From positions 58,218 to 122,217 of the forward strand of contig DYGE01000001.1 in assembly GCA_020724845.1 (NCBI GenBank): a DNA stretch of 64,000 bases, given 5' to 3'. Below are positions 10,023 through 18,460 of this stretch, in pieces. Origin of the DNA: Candidatus Paceibacter sp. Its GTDB lineage: Bacteria; Patescibacteriota; Minisyncoccia; UBA6257; 02-FULL-45-10c. Under the pieces are notes generated by a model that ran no database searches, had not been told where the DNA came from, and saw only the letters and a list, made by a program, of their open reading frames with translations. The first letter of the stretch is position 1; each line of letters begins with the position of its first letter. The position numbers were made by a program, and so were the translations under genes.

Positions 10023-10286
10023 TTATTCTTTTGTTTTGATTGCCCATTCTTTTAATTCCTCGTAAGAGGCTTCTCCGCAAATATATTTTTCTGTATCGGT
10101 ATTAAAGAAAAATGGGACTCCTCCGCAGTATCCTTTATCGTATTCCCGCATCTTTTTGGCATTTTCTTCATTATGCCAAGTTTCGTATTGTTCAACCTTT
10201 ACCCCCTCTTCTTTTTCAAATTTTTCAACTAAGGGGCGCATTAGATTGCAATGGGGGCATTCTTCGCCATAGAACTCTAAAAGCAT
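10023..10286 (-). CDS. Thioredoxin-like protein
   Basis: ECPHC, CGGVPFF. Confidence 0.85.
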   Translation of the reverse strand: MLLEFYGEECPHCNLMRPLVEKFEKEEGVKVEQYETWHNEENAKKMREYDKGYCGGVPFFFNTDTEKYICGEASYEELKEWAIKTKE

Positions 10287-10289
10287 AAA

Positions 10290-10526
10290 TTATAGATTTA
10301 ATAAATCTGACAGTTTTTCTTTTTGGAAACCGACTACTAACTGGCCGTCAATGTCAATTACCGGCACCCCCATCTGCCCGGATTTTTGGATCATTTCGTT
10401 TCTCGCTCCCGCGTCTTCGGCTACATTTTTTTCCGAATAAGCGACATTGTGCTCCTTAAAAAATTCTTTAGTCATCTTGCAGTAGGCGCAAGTTGGCGTA
10501 GAATAAATTGTTACTTGGTTAGCCAT
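10290..10526 (-). CDS. Glutaredoxin/NrdH-like redoxin
   Basis: TCAYC, SGQMGVPVI. Confidence 0.9.
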   Translation of the reverse strand: MANQVTIYSTPTCAYCKMTKEFFKEHNVAYSEKNVAEDAGARNEMIQKSGQMGVPVIDIDGQLVVGFQKEKLSDLLNL

Positions 10527-10545
10527 AGTTTTATTTTTTAATGAA

Positions 10546-10821
10546 TTATTCGACCATTTTAGTAATTAATTTTGTAAATCGATTTTGCGCGTTGACCTGA
10601 TAGCAGATCGATTGGCCTTTCCGTTCTCTGATAAGCAATTGCGCGTTTTCTAATATTTTTAAATGCTGGGATACAGCCGGCACAGATACTTTTAATATCG
10701 CCGCGATCTCGCTTACGCAGATATCTTTTTGCCTCAGTAGAATCTTAAATATCTTAAATCTTGTCTGGTCTCCCAAGGCATTGAAAATATTCGGCAGTGA
10801 TTTATTTTGCCTGAGATTCAT
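10546..10821 (-). CDS. ArsR/SmtB family repressor
   Basis: ALGDQTRFKI, ICVSEIA, AVSQHLKIL. Confidence 0.92.
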   Translation of the reverse strand: MNLRQNKSLPNIFNALGDQTRFKIFKILLRQKDICVSEIAAILKVSVPAVSQHLKILENAQLLIRERKGQSICYQVNAQNRFTKLITKMVE

Positions 10822-10836
10822 TTTATAAATTTTAAT

Positions 10837-11433
10837 TTAAATTCCCCCGCTTGCGCCTGGAACTCGTTCTGGGCCTTTGCCGAGGTATCTTTTGATGAAG
10901 TCGCTGATACGGTCAGTCGGTACTTGATCGTCTTCAATATTAAACGCATCCAAGCGTCCCCAAGCGGCAAGCGCGATATCAAATTCATTTGCTTCTCGGG
11001 GCGCGACAATGACTTTCGCGGCGCCGAATTTTTTCAGCTTATTCTTGACCTCGTCTGAAACCCGCGGATGGTATGATATCCAAACATCTCCATGCTCAAG
11101 ATTGTGAATAATGTATTGATCGGGAATTTCTTCATCACGGAATCCGGAACGCGCCGTTTGTCCGTAGTGCGGCCCTGATGTCGGCGGGTCTGAAGTATAT
11201 TCAGGCAGCCTGCTGCCCACCGGAATATGGCCTATATTTTCCATAATGGTAATCGCGCGGCTAAAATCTTCTCCCTGCGGACCAGAGATTTTGAGAGCAA
11301 AATAAGAGCCAAAAATTATTGCGCTTAATACGATGATTACAATTGAGTACTGGCGCAGCCCGCGCAAGAACCGCCTATTTTTTTGTTTTCGGAGCTCCGC
11401 TTCTTTTTTGATTTGATATAATTGTTTTTCCAT
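10837..11433 (-). CDS. DUF3105 family protein
   Basis: PPTSGPH, IHNLEHG, ALAAWG. Confidence 0.85.
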   Translation of the reverse strand: MEKQLYQIKKEAELRKQKNRRFLRGLRQYSIVIIVLSAIIFGSYFALKISGPQGEDFSRAITIMENIGHIPVGSRLPEYTSDPPTSGPHYGQTARSGFRDEEIPDQYIIHNLEHGDVWISYHPRVSDEVKNKLKKFGAAKVIVAPREANEFDIALAAWGRLDAFNIEDDQVPTDRISDFIKRYLGKGPERVPGASGGI

Positions 11434-11446
11434 AAATAGTTAAGTA

Positions 11447-11464
11447 TTTAAGCAATTACTTAAA
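11447..11464. promoter_or_regulatory. Putative ArsR operator overlapping the transcription start region
   Basis: Near-palindrome TTTAAGCAATTACTTAAA next to minus-strand TGnTATAGT (-10 at 11464-11469). Confidence 0.6.
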
Positions 11465-11536
11465 CTATATCACAACCTTGTGTAAGCGCAAGATGTAGTT
11501 ACTGTGGATAAGTTAGCATTCGCCTGTTTTATCCAG

Positions 11537-12142
11537 CTATGCAATCACTTTCTTTAATATTTTAAAATCTTTCTTCAGAACACTAATGTCTTGCCCATAA
11601 AGCGCGGTGGCCGGGTGGTATAAGGGAACTATTTGAACCTTTCCATAATCAGTGTCGGCTTCAAATGATTGGCCGTGCAATTGGCTGATGGATTTTAATT
11701 TATCCGCTAGCCCCAATCTTTCCATAATATATTGCATAGAAAACCGGCCAAGGGTCGCGATAACCTCCGGCTTGATAATGCTAATCTGCCTATCCAAAAA
11801 AGGCGCGTAAAATTCTATTTCTTCAGGAAGCGGGTCGCGGTTGTTCGGTGGGCGGTCTTTTACGATATTAGTGATATAAACATCCTTTCGATCTAATTTT
11901 ATAGAAGCTAGCAGCTTGTCCAAAACCTTTCCGGAAGCTCCGCAGAAAGGCCGGCCGGTCATTGCCTCATTTTTCCCTGGCGCTTCGCCGATGAACATGA
12001 TTTTGGCGTAATGATCTCCTTCCCCAATAACCGGGAAAACTTTGTTTTTCACCCTTTCTTTATATAAAGGAGATTTTTTAAGGTTAAGAACCTCCTCTTT
12101 GATTTTTCGCAATTCTTCAGTACGGTTATTGTCAGATGTCAT
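11537..12142 (-). CDS. Uracil-DNA glycosylase, family 4
   Basis: IGEAPG, GRPFCG, RPPNNRDP, YHPA. Confidence 0.92.
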   Translation of the reverse strand: MTSDNNRTEELRKIKEEVLNLKKSPLYKERVKNKVFPVIGEGDHYAKIMFIGEAPGKNEAMTGRPFCGASGKVLDKLLASIKLDRKDVYITNIVKDRPPNNRDPLPEEIEFYAPFLDRQISIIKPEVIATLGRFSMQYIMERLGLADKLKSISQLHGQSFEADTDYGKVQIVPLYHPATALYGQDISVLKKDFKILKKVIA

Positions 12143-12187
12143 ATTAAAAATACTTAAAGTATAACAAAAACTGCCCCAGCTGGGCAG

Positions 12188-12484
12188 TTACTTTGTATTG
12201 CGCTTTTCAAACTCATCCATTAATTTCTTTCTTGCCGCTTCCGAGGGCTTTCTACCGCGGAGTGTCAGGCCGGGATCTTCAATATCAGTTTCAATTCCGC
12301 ATTCGCAGCAGGTGAAAGTGGTATAATACTCGCTGCCGCCGGTATAGTCGTAGCTGGTAGTGCTATAGAGGTCAAACAGCGTGATTTCCAGCAGAGCTCC
12401 GCAGCCACCTCCGCCATTGCCGTTTCCACTACACTTTACTCTTTTAGTCCAGGCCAGCTTCTCACTCTTCTTGATGACTTTCAT
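12188..12484 (-). CDS. Zn-ribbon hypothetical protein (orphan unit)
   Basis: C..GGGGCG and CCECG; ATG 12484 after AAAGGAG. Confidence 0.7.
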   Translation of the reverse strand: MKVIKKSEKLAWTKRVKCSGNGNGGGGCGALLEITLFDLYSTTSYDYTGGSEYYTTFTCCECGIETDIEDPGLTLRGRKPSEAARKKLMDEFEKRNTK

Positions 12485-12606
12485 TCTGCGTCTCCTTTGG
12501 GATTTCAAAGAACCACATCCTGATTCTAACTAAGGCGATAATTTCCGTCAGAAAATTATATAAATTTGTACCAAAAAAGGTACAAATATTTTTAGCGCGA
12601 TAGCGT

Positions 12607-13323
12607 TTACTGAAATAACGCCCCAACTTCGTTTTGAGAAAGCTCACGAGTTTCGCCTGGTTTTAACTGGCCGAGCCGGATCGGCCCGATGCGTATTCGT
12701 TTCAATGCAGAAACTGTATAGCCAAGCTCTGCCAGCATCACCCGAATTTGATGGCGCTTTCCTTCCCGCAAGGAAACGGAAAGAGTGCGGTCGTCAATTA
12801 TTCTGGCTGCGGCGGGGAGCAATTTGCCGAGCGCCTCCGTATCCATGCCCTTTTGAAAGATTTTCACAATCCCCTCTTTTAATTTCTCTCTGGTTTTTAC
12901 CAGGTATTCTTTTTCAAATGTTTCTTTCCCGATGATTCTGTCGGGAGCCTCATCTTGCGTCGGAGCCTCAAGTAATCTAGTTGTCAATCTGCCATCATTA
13001 GTCAAAATGAGCAGGCCCTCTGATTCTTTATCTAACCGCCCTACCGGATATAGCCCCTTAGTTCTCCATTCATCAATGACGCTCGGAGACCCTTTTTGCG
13101 ACTGCGTTGCCAGTCCTCTGGGCTTGTAATAAGCAAGATACTTATATTCTTTTTCTCCGCCTTTCTTAATAGTTACTTTATCGCCTTTGTTTACTAACAT
13201 CCCCATTTGGGCCAGTTGGCCATTCACCAGAACTTTCCCGTCTTGTACAAGCTTATCCGCCTCTCTTCTCGAGGCAAGGCCGGAATCTCTTATGTATTTG
13301 TTAATGCGGATCGGATATTCCAT
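12607..13323 (-). CDS. RsuA/RluB/RluF-family pseudouridine synthase
   Basis: S4 domain, GRLDKESEGLLILTNDG, EGKRHQIR. Confidence 0.92.
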   Translation of the reverse strand: MEYPIRINKYIRDSGLASRREADKLVQDGKVLVNGQLAQMGMLVNKGDKVTIKKGGEKEYKYLAYYKPRGLATQSQKGSPSVIDEWRTKGLYPVGRLDKESEGLLILTNDGRLTTRLLEAPTQDEAPDRIIGKETFEKEYLVKTREKLKEGIVKIFQKGMDTEALGKLLPAAARIIDDRTLSVSLREGKRHQIRVMLAELGYTVSALKRIRIGPIRLGQLKPGETRELSQNEVGALFQ

Positions 13324-13390
13324 TCATTTAATATAGCATCTGCGCGAAATTAACTAAAAGTAGATAAAAGACGACATAATAGAGATCATT

Positions 13391-13430
13391 GCAATAAAAA
13401 ATCACCCCTTGCGGGGTGATTTTTTATTGC
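13391..13430. terminator. Bidirectional terminator after the csp gene
   Basis: 18-bp perfect inverted repeat with A/T tails. Confidence 0.85.
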
Positions 13431-13436
13431 TCGGCT

Positions 13437-13634
13437 TTACGCGCGAGAGACGTTAGTGGCCGCTGGGCCCTTATCGCTCTGAACAACTTCAAAGGTGACA
13501 TTATCGCCAACTTTCAAATCGTCAAATGCAACGCCGTTCAATTCCTTAGAGTGAAAGAAAAGGTCCTTCTCCTCGCCTTCGCGAGTGATGAACCCAAATC
13601 CTCTGTCTGTAAGAGTTTTGATTGTTCCGTTCAT
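13437..13634 (-). CDS. Cold-shock protein
   Basis: RGFGFI, DLFFH, KGPAATNV. Confidence 0.95.
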   Translation of the reverse strand: MNGTIKTLTDRGFGFITREGEEKDLFFHSKELNGVAFDDLKVGDNVTFEVVQSDKGPAATNVSRA

Positions 13635-13818
13635 AGTGATTCTGTTAATTATTTTACTCCGATAAACTCGACATGTTTTCGTCCATTCTCATTAACTTCT
13701 GTTAAGTATACACCATAAGCAAGGTTTTGTCAACCCCACTCAACGCATGTATTATGTTGCAAGTCCATCTTCATTTTGCTATCTTACATTGAGAACTCGT
13801 AAACCAGAGACGAAGCAT

Positions 13819-14529
13819 ATGGTCAAGGCGGTGCTGTTTGATTTGGGGAATACTCTTATTGAATACCCGACACCGGAAGCGTTGAGGGAAAACTACAAAA
13901 GATTCGCCCGCGGCGAGGCGCGCCTTGATGAGGTGTTACTTGACCGGATGCACAAACTTTTGATGGAAGAGAGACGCGTCGGCTTCAAAACTTTTGAAGA
14001 GGCTACGATCGTTCGGGCGCTTTCGCGCGCGTTACGGGAGCGAGGAATGTATACCAACACAGTAGAATTGTATAGGCAAGTGGGGGAAATTTACCATTAC
14101 GGATTCAGTAAGTCCGCTACGCTGATTGATGGCGCTCAAGAGCTGTTGGAATGTCTTGACATACTTGGAATAAAGTATCGCCCTAGAATAAAGATGGGCA
14201 TTGTGTCTAACACGCCATTTCCCGGCTACCTCTTCCAAGAGGAAATGGAACGATTTGGTATTGCAAAGTACTTCCGTACTTTTGTCTGGAGTTCCGAATT
14301 CGGAAAGCGAAAGCCTAGCCCTGACATTTTTCTTAAAGCGCTATGTAATCTAGGAGTAGCTCCAAACGAGGCCGCTTTTGTCGGCGACAAGCTGGATCGC
14401 GATGTTGCCGGTTCCCGCGGAGTCGGAATGACTTCTATCTGGTTTGACCGGAAAGGAACCGGACATGATCACGACGGTTACCGCGTGACCTCGCTGAAAG
14501 AAATTCCCGAGCTTCCAGGATTATTCTAA
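13819..14529 (+). CDS. HAD-superfamily hydrolase
   Basis: FDLGNTL, KPSPDIF, FVGDKLDRDVAG. Confidence 0.9.
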   Translation: MVKAVLFDLGNTLIEYPTPEALRENYKRFARGEARLDEVLLDRMHKLLMEERRVGFKTFEEATIVRALSRALRERGMYTNTVELYRQVGEIYHYGFSKSATLIDGAQELLECLDILGIKYRPRIKMGIVSNTPFPGYLFQEEMERFGIAKYFRTFVWSSEFGKRKPSPDIFLKALCNLGVAPNEAAFVGDKLDRDVAGSRGVGMTSIWFDRKGTGHDHDGYRVTSLKEIPELPGLF

Positions 14530-14589
14530 AACGACCGAAGGGTCGTTTTTAAAATGGAGAAGCGTATCCATTTCCTGTATCATTAAGAA

Positions 14590-15840
14590 ATGGCTCCCAC
14601 TCCGACGAAAGTTAAGCTTACTTATTATCTTTTGACTCTTTTTTCCACGCTGTCCGCTTCTTTCATCTGGGGAATCAATACGCTGTTTCTTTTAGACGCG
14701 GGGCTTTCAAACACTGCGGCGTTTACCGCGAACGCTTTTTTTACCGGCGGCATGGTGCTTTTTGAAATACCCACTGGCGTGGTCGCGGATACGAAAGGAC
14801 GAAGCGTGTCTTACGCGCTTGGATCTGCCACTCTTCTGGTCGGTACGCTAGCTTATTGGTGGCTCTGGCAAATCCACGGGCCGCTCTGGTCATGGGCAGT
14901 TGTTTCTATAATTCTAGGGCTAGGGTTTACCTTGCTTTCCGGCGCGATGGAAGCCTGGCTTGTGGATGCTCTGAATGCCGTTCATTATGATGGCGCGTTG
15001 GAATCCGTGCTCGCGCGCGGAGAAGCTCTCGGCGGGGCAGCTATGCTTGCGGGTTCAGTCGCTGGGGGATACATTGCCCAACTAACTAATTTAGGAGTCC
15101 CCTATCTTTTTCGGGTAGGTTTTCTTGGCGCGACTCTTTTTATTAGCATTTTTATGATGCACGATCTCGGGTTCGCGCCGCAGAAAGGGCTTAGTTTTAA
15201 AAATCAAATAAAATCCGTGCTTACTGCCGCGGTAAAGGGCGGTTGGCAAAATCGCTCGGTGAAATTCATGATGCTGTCCGCGCCTTTCGCCGGCATTGGC
15301 ATTTACGTATTCTACGCTATGCAACCATATCTGCTGGAGCTCTATGGCAATCCGGAAGCGTACGGCATTGCCGGACTTGCCGCCGCCATCGTAGCTGGCG
15401 CTCAAATTGTCGGAGGGCTTTCGGTTGATTATGCCAGGAGTTTTTTCCGCACTCGAACAGATTTATTGATTATGGGCGAGGTCGCGGGAGTCGCGGTGAT
15501 CGCGCTTTTGGGACTTATTGCGAATTTTTGGGTAGCTATTGCCCTACTCACGCTTTGGGGGCTTATCTTTGCCATCACTGGACCGGTGCGAGAAGCGTAT
15601 TTAAACGGGCTTATTGACTCGCATCATCGGGCGACAGTACTCTCTTTTGACGCTTTGTTGGATAGCGCCGGAGGCGCTGTAACCCAGCCGGTGCTGGGCC
15701 GCTCCGCTGACGTGTTCAGCTATCCAATTTCATTTGTAATAAGTGCGGGGATACAATTAGGCGCGCTTCCGTTTCTTATCGCCGCAAAACGCACCCGCGC
15801 GCTGTCTGATCCGATTAAGAGAGTAGCATCCAAACACTAG
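14590..15840 (+). CDS. MFS transporter
   Basis: 12-TM pattern, EIPTGVVADTKGR. Confidence 0.9.
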   Translation: MAPTPTKVKLTYYLLTLFSTLSASFIWGINTLFLLDAGLSNTAAFTANAFFTGGMVLFEIPTGVVADTKGRSVSYALGSATLLVGTLAYWWLWQIHGPLWSWAVVSIILGLGFTLLSGAMEAWLVDALNAVHYDGALESVLARGEALGGAAMLAGSVAGGYIAQLTNLGVPYLFRVGFLGATLFISIFMMHDLGFAPQKGLSFKNQIKSVLTAAVKGGWQNRSVKFMMLSAPFAGIGIYVFYAMQPYLLELYGNPEAYGIAGLAAAIVAGAQIVGGLSVDYARSFFRTRTDLLIMGEVAGVAVIALLGLIANFWVAIALLTLWGLIFAITGPVREAYLNGLIDSHHRATVLSFDALLDSAGGAVTQPVLGRSADVFSYPISFVISAGIQLGALPFLIAAKRTRALSDPIKRVASKH

Positions 15841-15915
15841 CATTCTTAATGTCTGATTTTTGTCTGAATAAAAAAAGAAGCCCCACACCGAAGCGCAAAG
15901 CTTCTTTGTGCGGGG

Positions 15916-16014
15916 CTATGCGAGCAGGAAGGCGGCGATGACCGCAGCGGTTATGACATACGGATAGAAAGGCAGGTACAGATCGTAATACAGCTTATAG
16001 AGCAGGTTGTTCAT
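15916..16014 (-). CDS. 32-aa hydrophobic peptide MNNLLYKLYYDLYLPFYPYVITAAVIAAFLLA
   Basis: Not in track. TTGACA-17-TAAAAT (16090-16062), SD AAAGGAGG, terminator right after the stop. Confidence 0.75.
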   Translation of the reverse strand: MNNLLYKLYYDLYLPFYPYVITAAVIAAFLLA

Positions 16015-16126
16015 ACTTCCTCCTTTACAGATTGGAATGCGCAGCTTTTCAGCTTGTATGCATTTTATCATATTTATGAGTTTATGTCAAGTGAAATAAA
16101 AAACCCAAAATTTGGTGATTTTGGGC

Positions 16127-16609
16127 TCATGGTTTGCTGTTCAATGCGTCCTTATATCTTTCCGCTGTTTTTCTGACGATATCCAGAATCTTCTCAACGC
16201 TCCACATTGGCGGCTGATATTTGCCGTGGCCGTCCGAAAGGGCCAGAGTCGGGCTTGGAAATTGAAGGTACGGAATACCTAATTTCAAAATCTCTATGCA
16301 AACCGCGTGAGCATCCTCGCTTCCGTCATGGTAAAGAAACAAGATAGGATTCCACTTGAGCCACGTAAGCGGCGTCTTCCCCTCTCCTTTCAGGCCGAGG
16401 CCGTAGGCCAGTTTGGCGGCGCTTTCGTAAGGGACGTTCCTGATTTCAAAAAGATTCTCCCCTCCTCGGCCATGATTGGCAGTCAGCGTCAGCTTTTCTT
16501 TCTCCGGATCGTAGGTTAGGAAATAATATGACTTACGAAGTTGTTGCTTAATTACTTCCGGGTAAAGTGTAACGTTGCCGATCAAGACCTTGTTCTGGAA
16601 GTCGTTCAT
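16127..16609 (-). CDS. Hypothetical protein
   Basis: TTGCTA-17-TAGAAT promoter, SD TAAGGAG. Confidence 0.7.
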   Translation of the reverse strand: MNDFQNKVLIGNVTLYPEVIKQQLRKSYYFLTYDPEKEKLTLTANHGRGGENLFEIRNVPYESAAKLAYGLGLKGEGKTPLTWLKWNPILFLYHDGSEDAHAVCIEILKLGIPYLQFPSPTLALSDGHGKYQPPMWSVEKILDIVRKTAERYKDALNSKP

Positions 16610-16690
16610 AATCGCTCCTTACTGCCTTTTTTGGATTATGCTGACTATATTCTAATAAATATTAGGAGTTTTAGCAAGATGATTGACGCC

Positions 16691-16732
16691 CCACAACATT
16701 CTAACATTCTGCAGAATGTTAGAATGTTGTGG
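16691..16732. repeat. Perfect 42-bp palindrome
   Basis: ccacaacattctaacattctg|cagaatgttagaatgttgtgg. Confidence 0.9.
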
Positions 16733-16751
16733 TAAAAGAAAAACCGCTCGG

Positions 16752-17708
16752 TTAAGAGCGGAGTGAAGGCAAAGCCAAGTCTGACTTAGCAAGGCCTTTT
16801 CGAACATTGTGCCTGGCAAGAAATCCAGATTTTTGAAGATATCTGCATTTGTGACAATCCTTGAAATTTTTACCAGTATGCGCAACTGCTAATATTGATG
16901 CAATCGTCGTAATACAGCCAATGGGGACCCCTATCCCGCCAAGAAAGAGACAGGGCACAAGAGCGCATAGAGAGCTTATAGACGCCGAGTAAAATGCAAC
17001 AACGCATTCAGCGATGAAGACACCGTATTTTCTTTCTACGCTATCCTCATCCCTTTTGATTCTTCCGAAGACGTTGGTCCAAAACCTATAAGACAAACAT
17101 GCTAACCCATGCCCCAACCCAATCTTTCTCTTAATCTGGGCATCCAGATATTGATACTCCTCCTCATCAGCTGTAACCAGATCCTTGGGTTTAAGGTGAA
17201 GCAGTTCTTGGGAGAGCCGTGGCACCAGGGAGGCATAGGCCTCTCTGGCTTCAGCTATTTCCCTATCCAGCTTCTCTCGGGTCTCTCTTTCCCAAGCTAG
17301 AAAAAGCTGTCTATTCTGTTCCATCTTTTCTTCTTTCCGCCTCTCCTCTGCCTTCCGAATCTTCTCCATCATCCTTTCCTGGCCGGTTTGGCGGATCAAA
17401 GCTGTTTCATTAACGTATCCACGACCCCAAATGGAAGCGGAAAAATTCCGAATATCGTTGGGTAAGGCTTTCTGTTTGGAGGTACGGAAGGTTAGACCAG
17501 GCGTGACCATCTCTGTAGCATATACTAAAGATACGGATATCAGCGCTATTGGTGATATTATGCCAGTAAGTATACACAAATCTTCGTCAGAGCGGTCGTA
17601 CTCCCAGCCCCTTCTCTTACACAACTCTATCCGGAGATTTTTCGAGAAACCGTAAGTAAACACCGCAGAAGCCAAGTAACCGCCGCCAATCATAAGCAGT
17701 TCCACCAT
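16752..17708 (-). CDS. Unknown membrane protein, paralog family member A
   Basis: SD AAAGGAGG; C-terminal half resembles 32397-33059. Confidence 0.75.
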   Translation of the reverse strand: MVELLMIGGGYLASAVFTYGFSKNLRIELCKRRGWEYDRSDEDLCILTGIISPIALISVSLVYATEMVTPGLTFRTSKQKALPNDIRNFSASIWGRGYVNETALIRQTGQERMMEKIRKAEERRKEEKMEQNRQLFLAWERETREKLDREIAEAREAYASLVPRLSQELLHLKPKDLVTADEEEYQYLDAQIKRKIGLGHGLACLSYRFWTNVFGRIKRDEDSVERKYGVFIAECVVAFYSASISSLCALVPCLFLGGIGVPIGCITTIASILAVAHTGKNFKDCHKCRYLQKSGFLARHNVRKGLAKSDLALPSLRS

Positions 17709-17773
17709 AACTTTTCCTCCTTTCAAGGTTCTTTTGACTGCCTATATATTACCCTACAGGCGCTTAAAAGTCA

Positions 17774-17811
17774 AATGAAACTCCACGGCCTTACGGCCGT
17801 GGAGTTTCATT
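17774..17811. repeat. 17-bp inverted repeat (REP/IS200-IS605-end-like hairpin or terminator)
   Basis: aatgaaactccacggcc-ttac-ggccgtggagtttcatt. Confidence 0.7.
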
Positions 17812-17861
17812 GTGTGTTTAAATAATATGTCAACCTATGCTGTACAAAAAGATTTGAATTC

Positions 17862-18104
17862 TTAGTACAAATCTACATCCAGAATACTCCCCTTTTCTTT
17901 ATCTGATTTATCTTCGCCCTTCTCCCCTCGCCTTTCCAATTCTTCATCAATCCTTTTTACTTGTTCTCTATGAAAAACTTTAGCATCAGTCACGTCGCTC
18001 AAACGCTTTTCTTGCTCGCGAAGCTCTTTCAGTTTTGCGGTATTCATCCCTTTATATTTCTTTTCAGGGCCTTCGATTTTAAATTCAAATCCAAAAAACT
18101 TCAT
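17862..18104 (-). CDS. Hypothetical charged protein
   Basis: 80-aa ORF with a leaderless-type start. Confidence 0.6.
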   Translation of the reverse strand: MKFFGFEFKIEGPEKKYKGMNTAKLKELREQEKRLSDVTDAKVFHREQVKRIDEELERRGEKGEDKSDKEKGSILDVDLY

Positions 18105-18125
18105 ATTACTAATAATATCAGATAT

Positions 18126-18234
18126 TGGCGGAAGGGGAGAGAATTACGAAGCTCGGAAACCCTCGGTTTTCCGACGTCCGCCAGCTGGCGGACTGCCTTC
18201 CTACACGGGAAACTCCCGTTTCCCGACCCCTTCC
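18126..18234 (-). ncRNA. tRNA-like structured element ending in GCCA
   Basis: GGAAGGGG/CCCCTTCC 8-bp stem plus GCCA, three internal hairpins, ends similar to the neighbouring tRNA-Ser. Confidence 0.55.
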
Positions 18235-18294
18235 CTATCAAATCTCTCAACCAAAAATTTTAAAAATAGAATAGACTTCTATTTTTTAAATTTG

Positions 18295-18381
18295 CGGAGG
18301 GGGAGAGATTCGAACTCTCGATGCCCTTTCGGACATGCCGCCTTTCCAAGGCGGTGCACTAGACCACTATGCGACCCCTCC
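18295..18381 (-). tRNA. tRNA-Ser(GGA)
   Basis: GGAGGGG/CCCCTCC acceptor stem, CCGCC-TTGGAAA-GGCGG anticodon arm, long variable arm, GTTCGAATC; CCA not encoded. Confidence 0.97.
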
Positions 18382-18460
18382 TCATGGTCATTTTAACTGA
18401 TATTATATTACAACAAAAAATATAACGATTACAACGTTTATAACATTTAGAACGCTTACC

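Noticed and set aside
12563..12590. atttgtacc/ggtacaaat inverted repeat
   Set aside because: Short, and adequately explained as a terminator or small palindromic repeat.
18126..18234. tRNA-Sec (8-bp acceptor stem starting GGAAG, ending GCCA)
   Set aside because: No UCA anticodon loop and no canonical T-arm.
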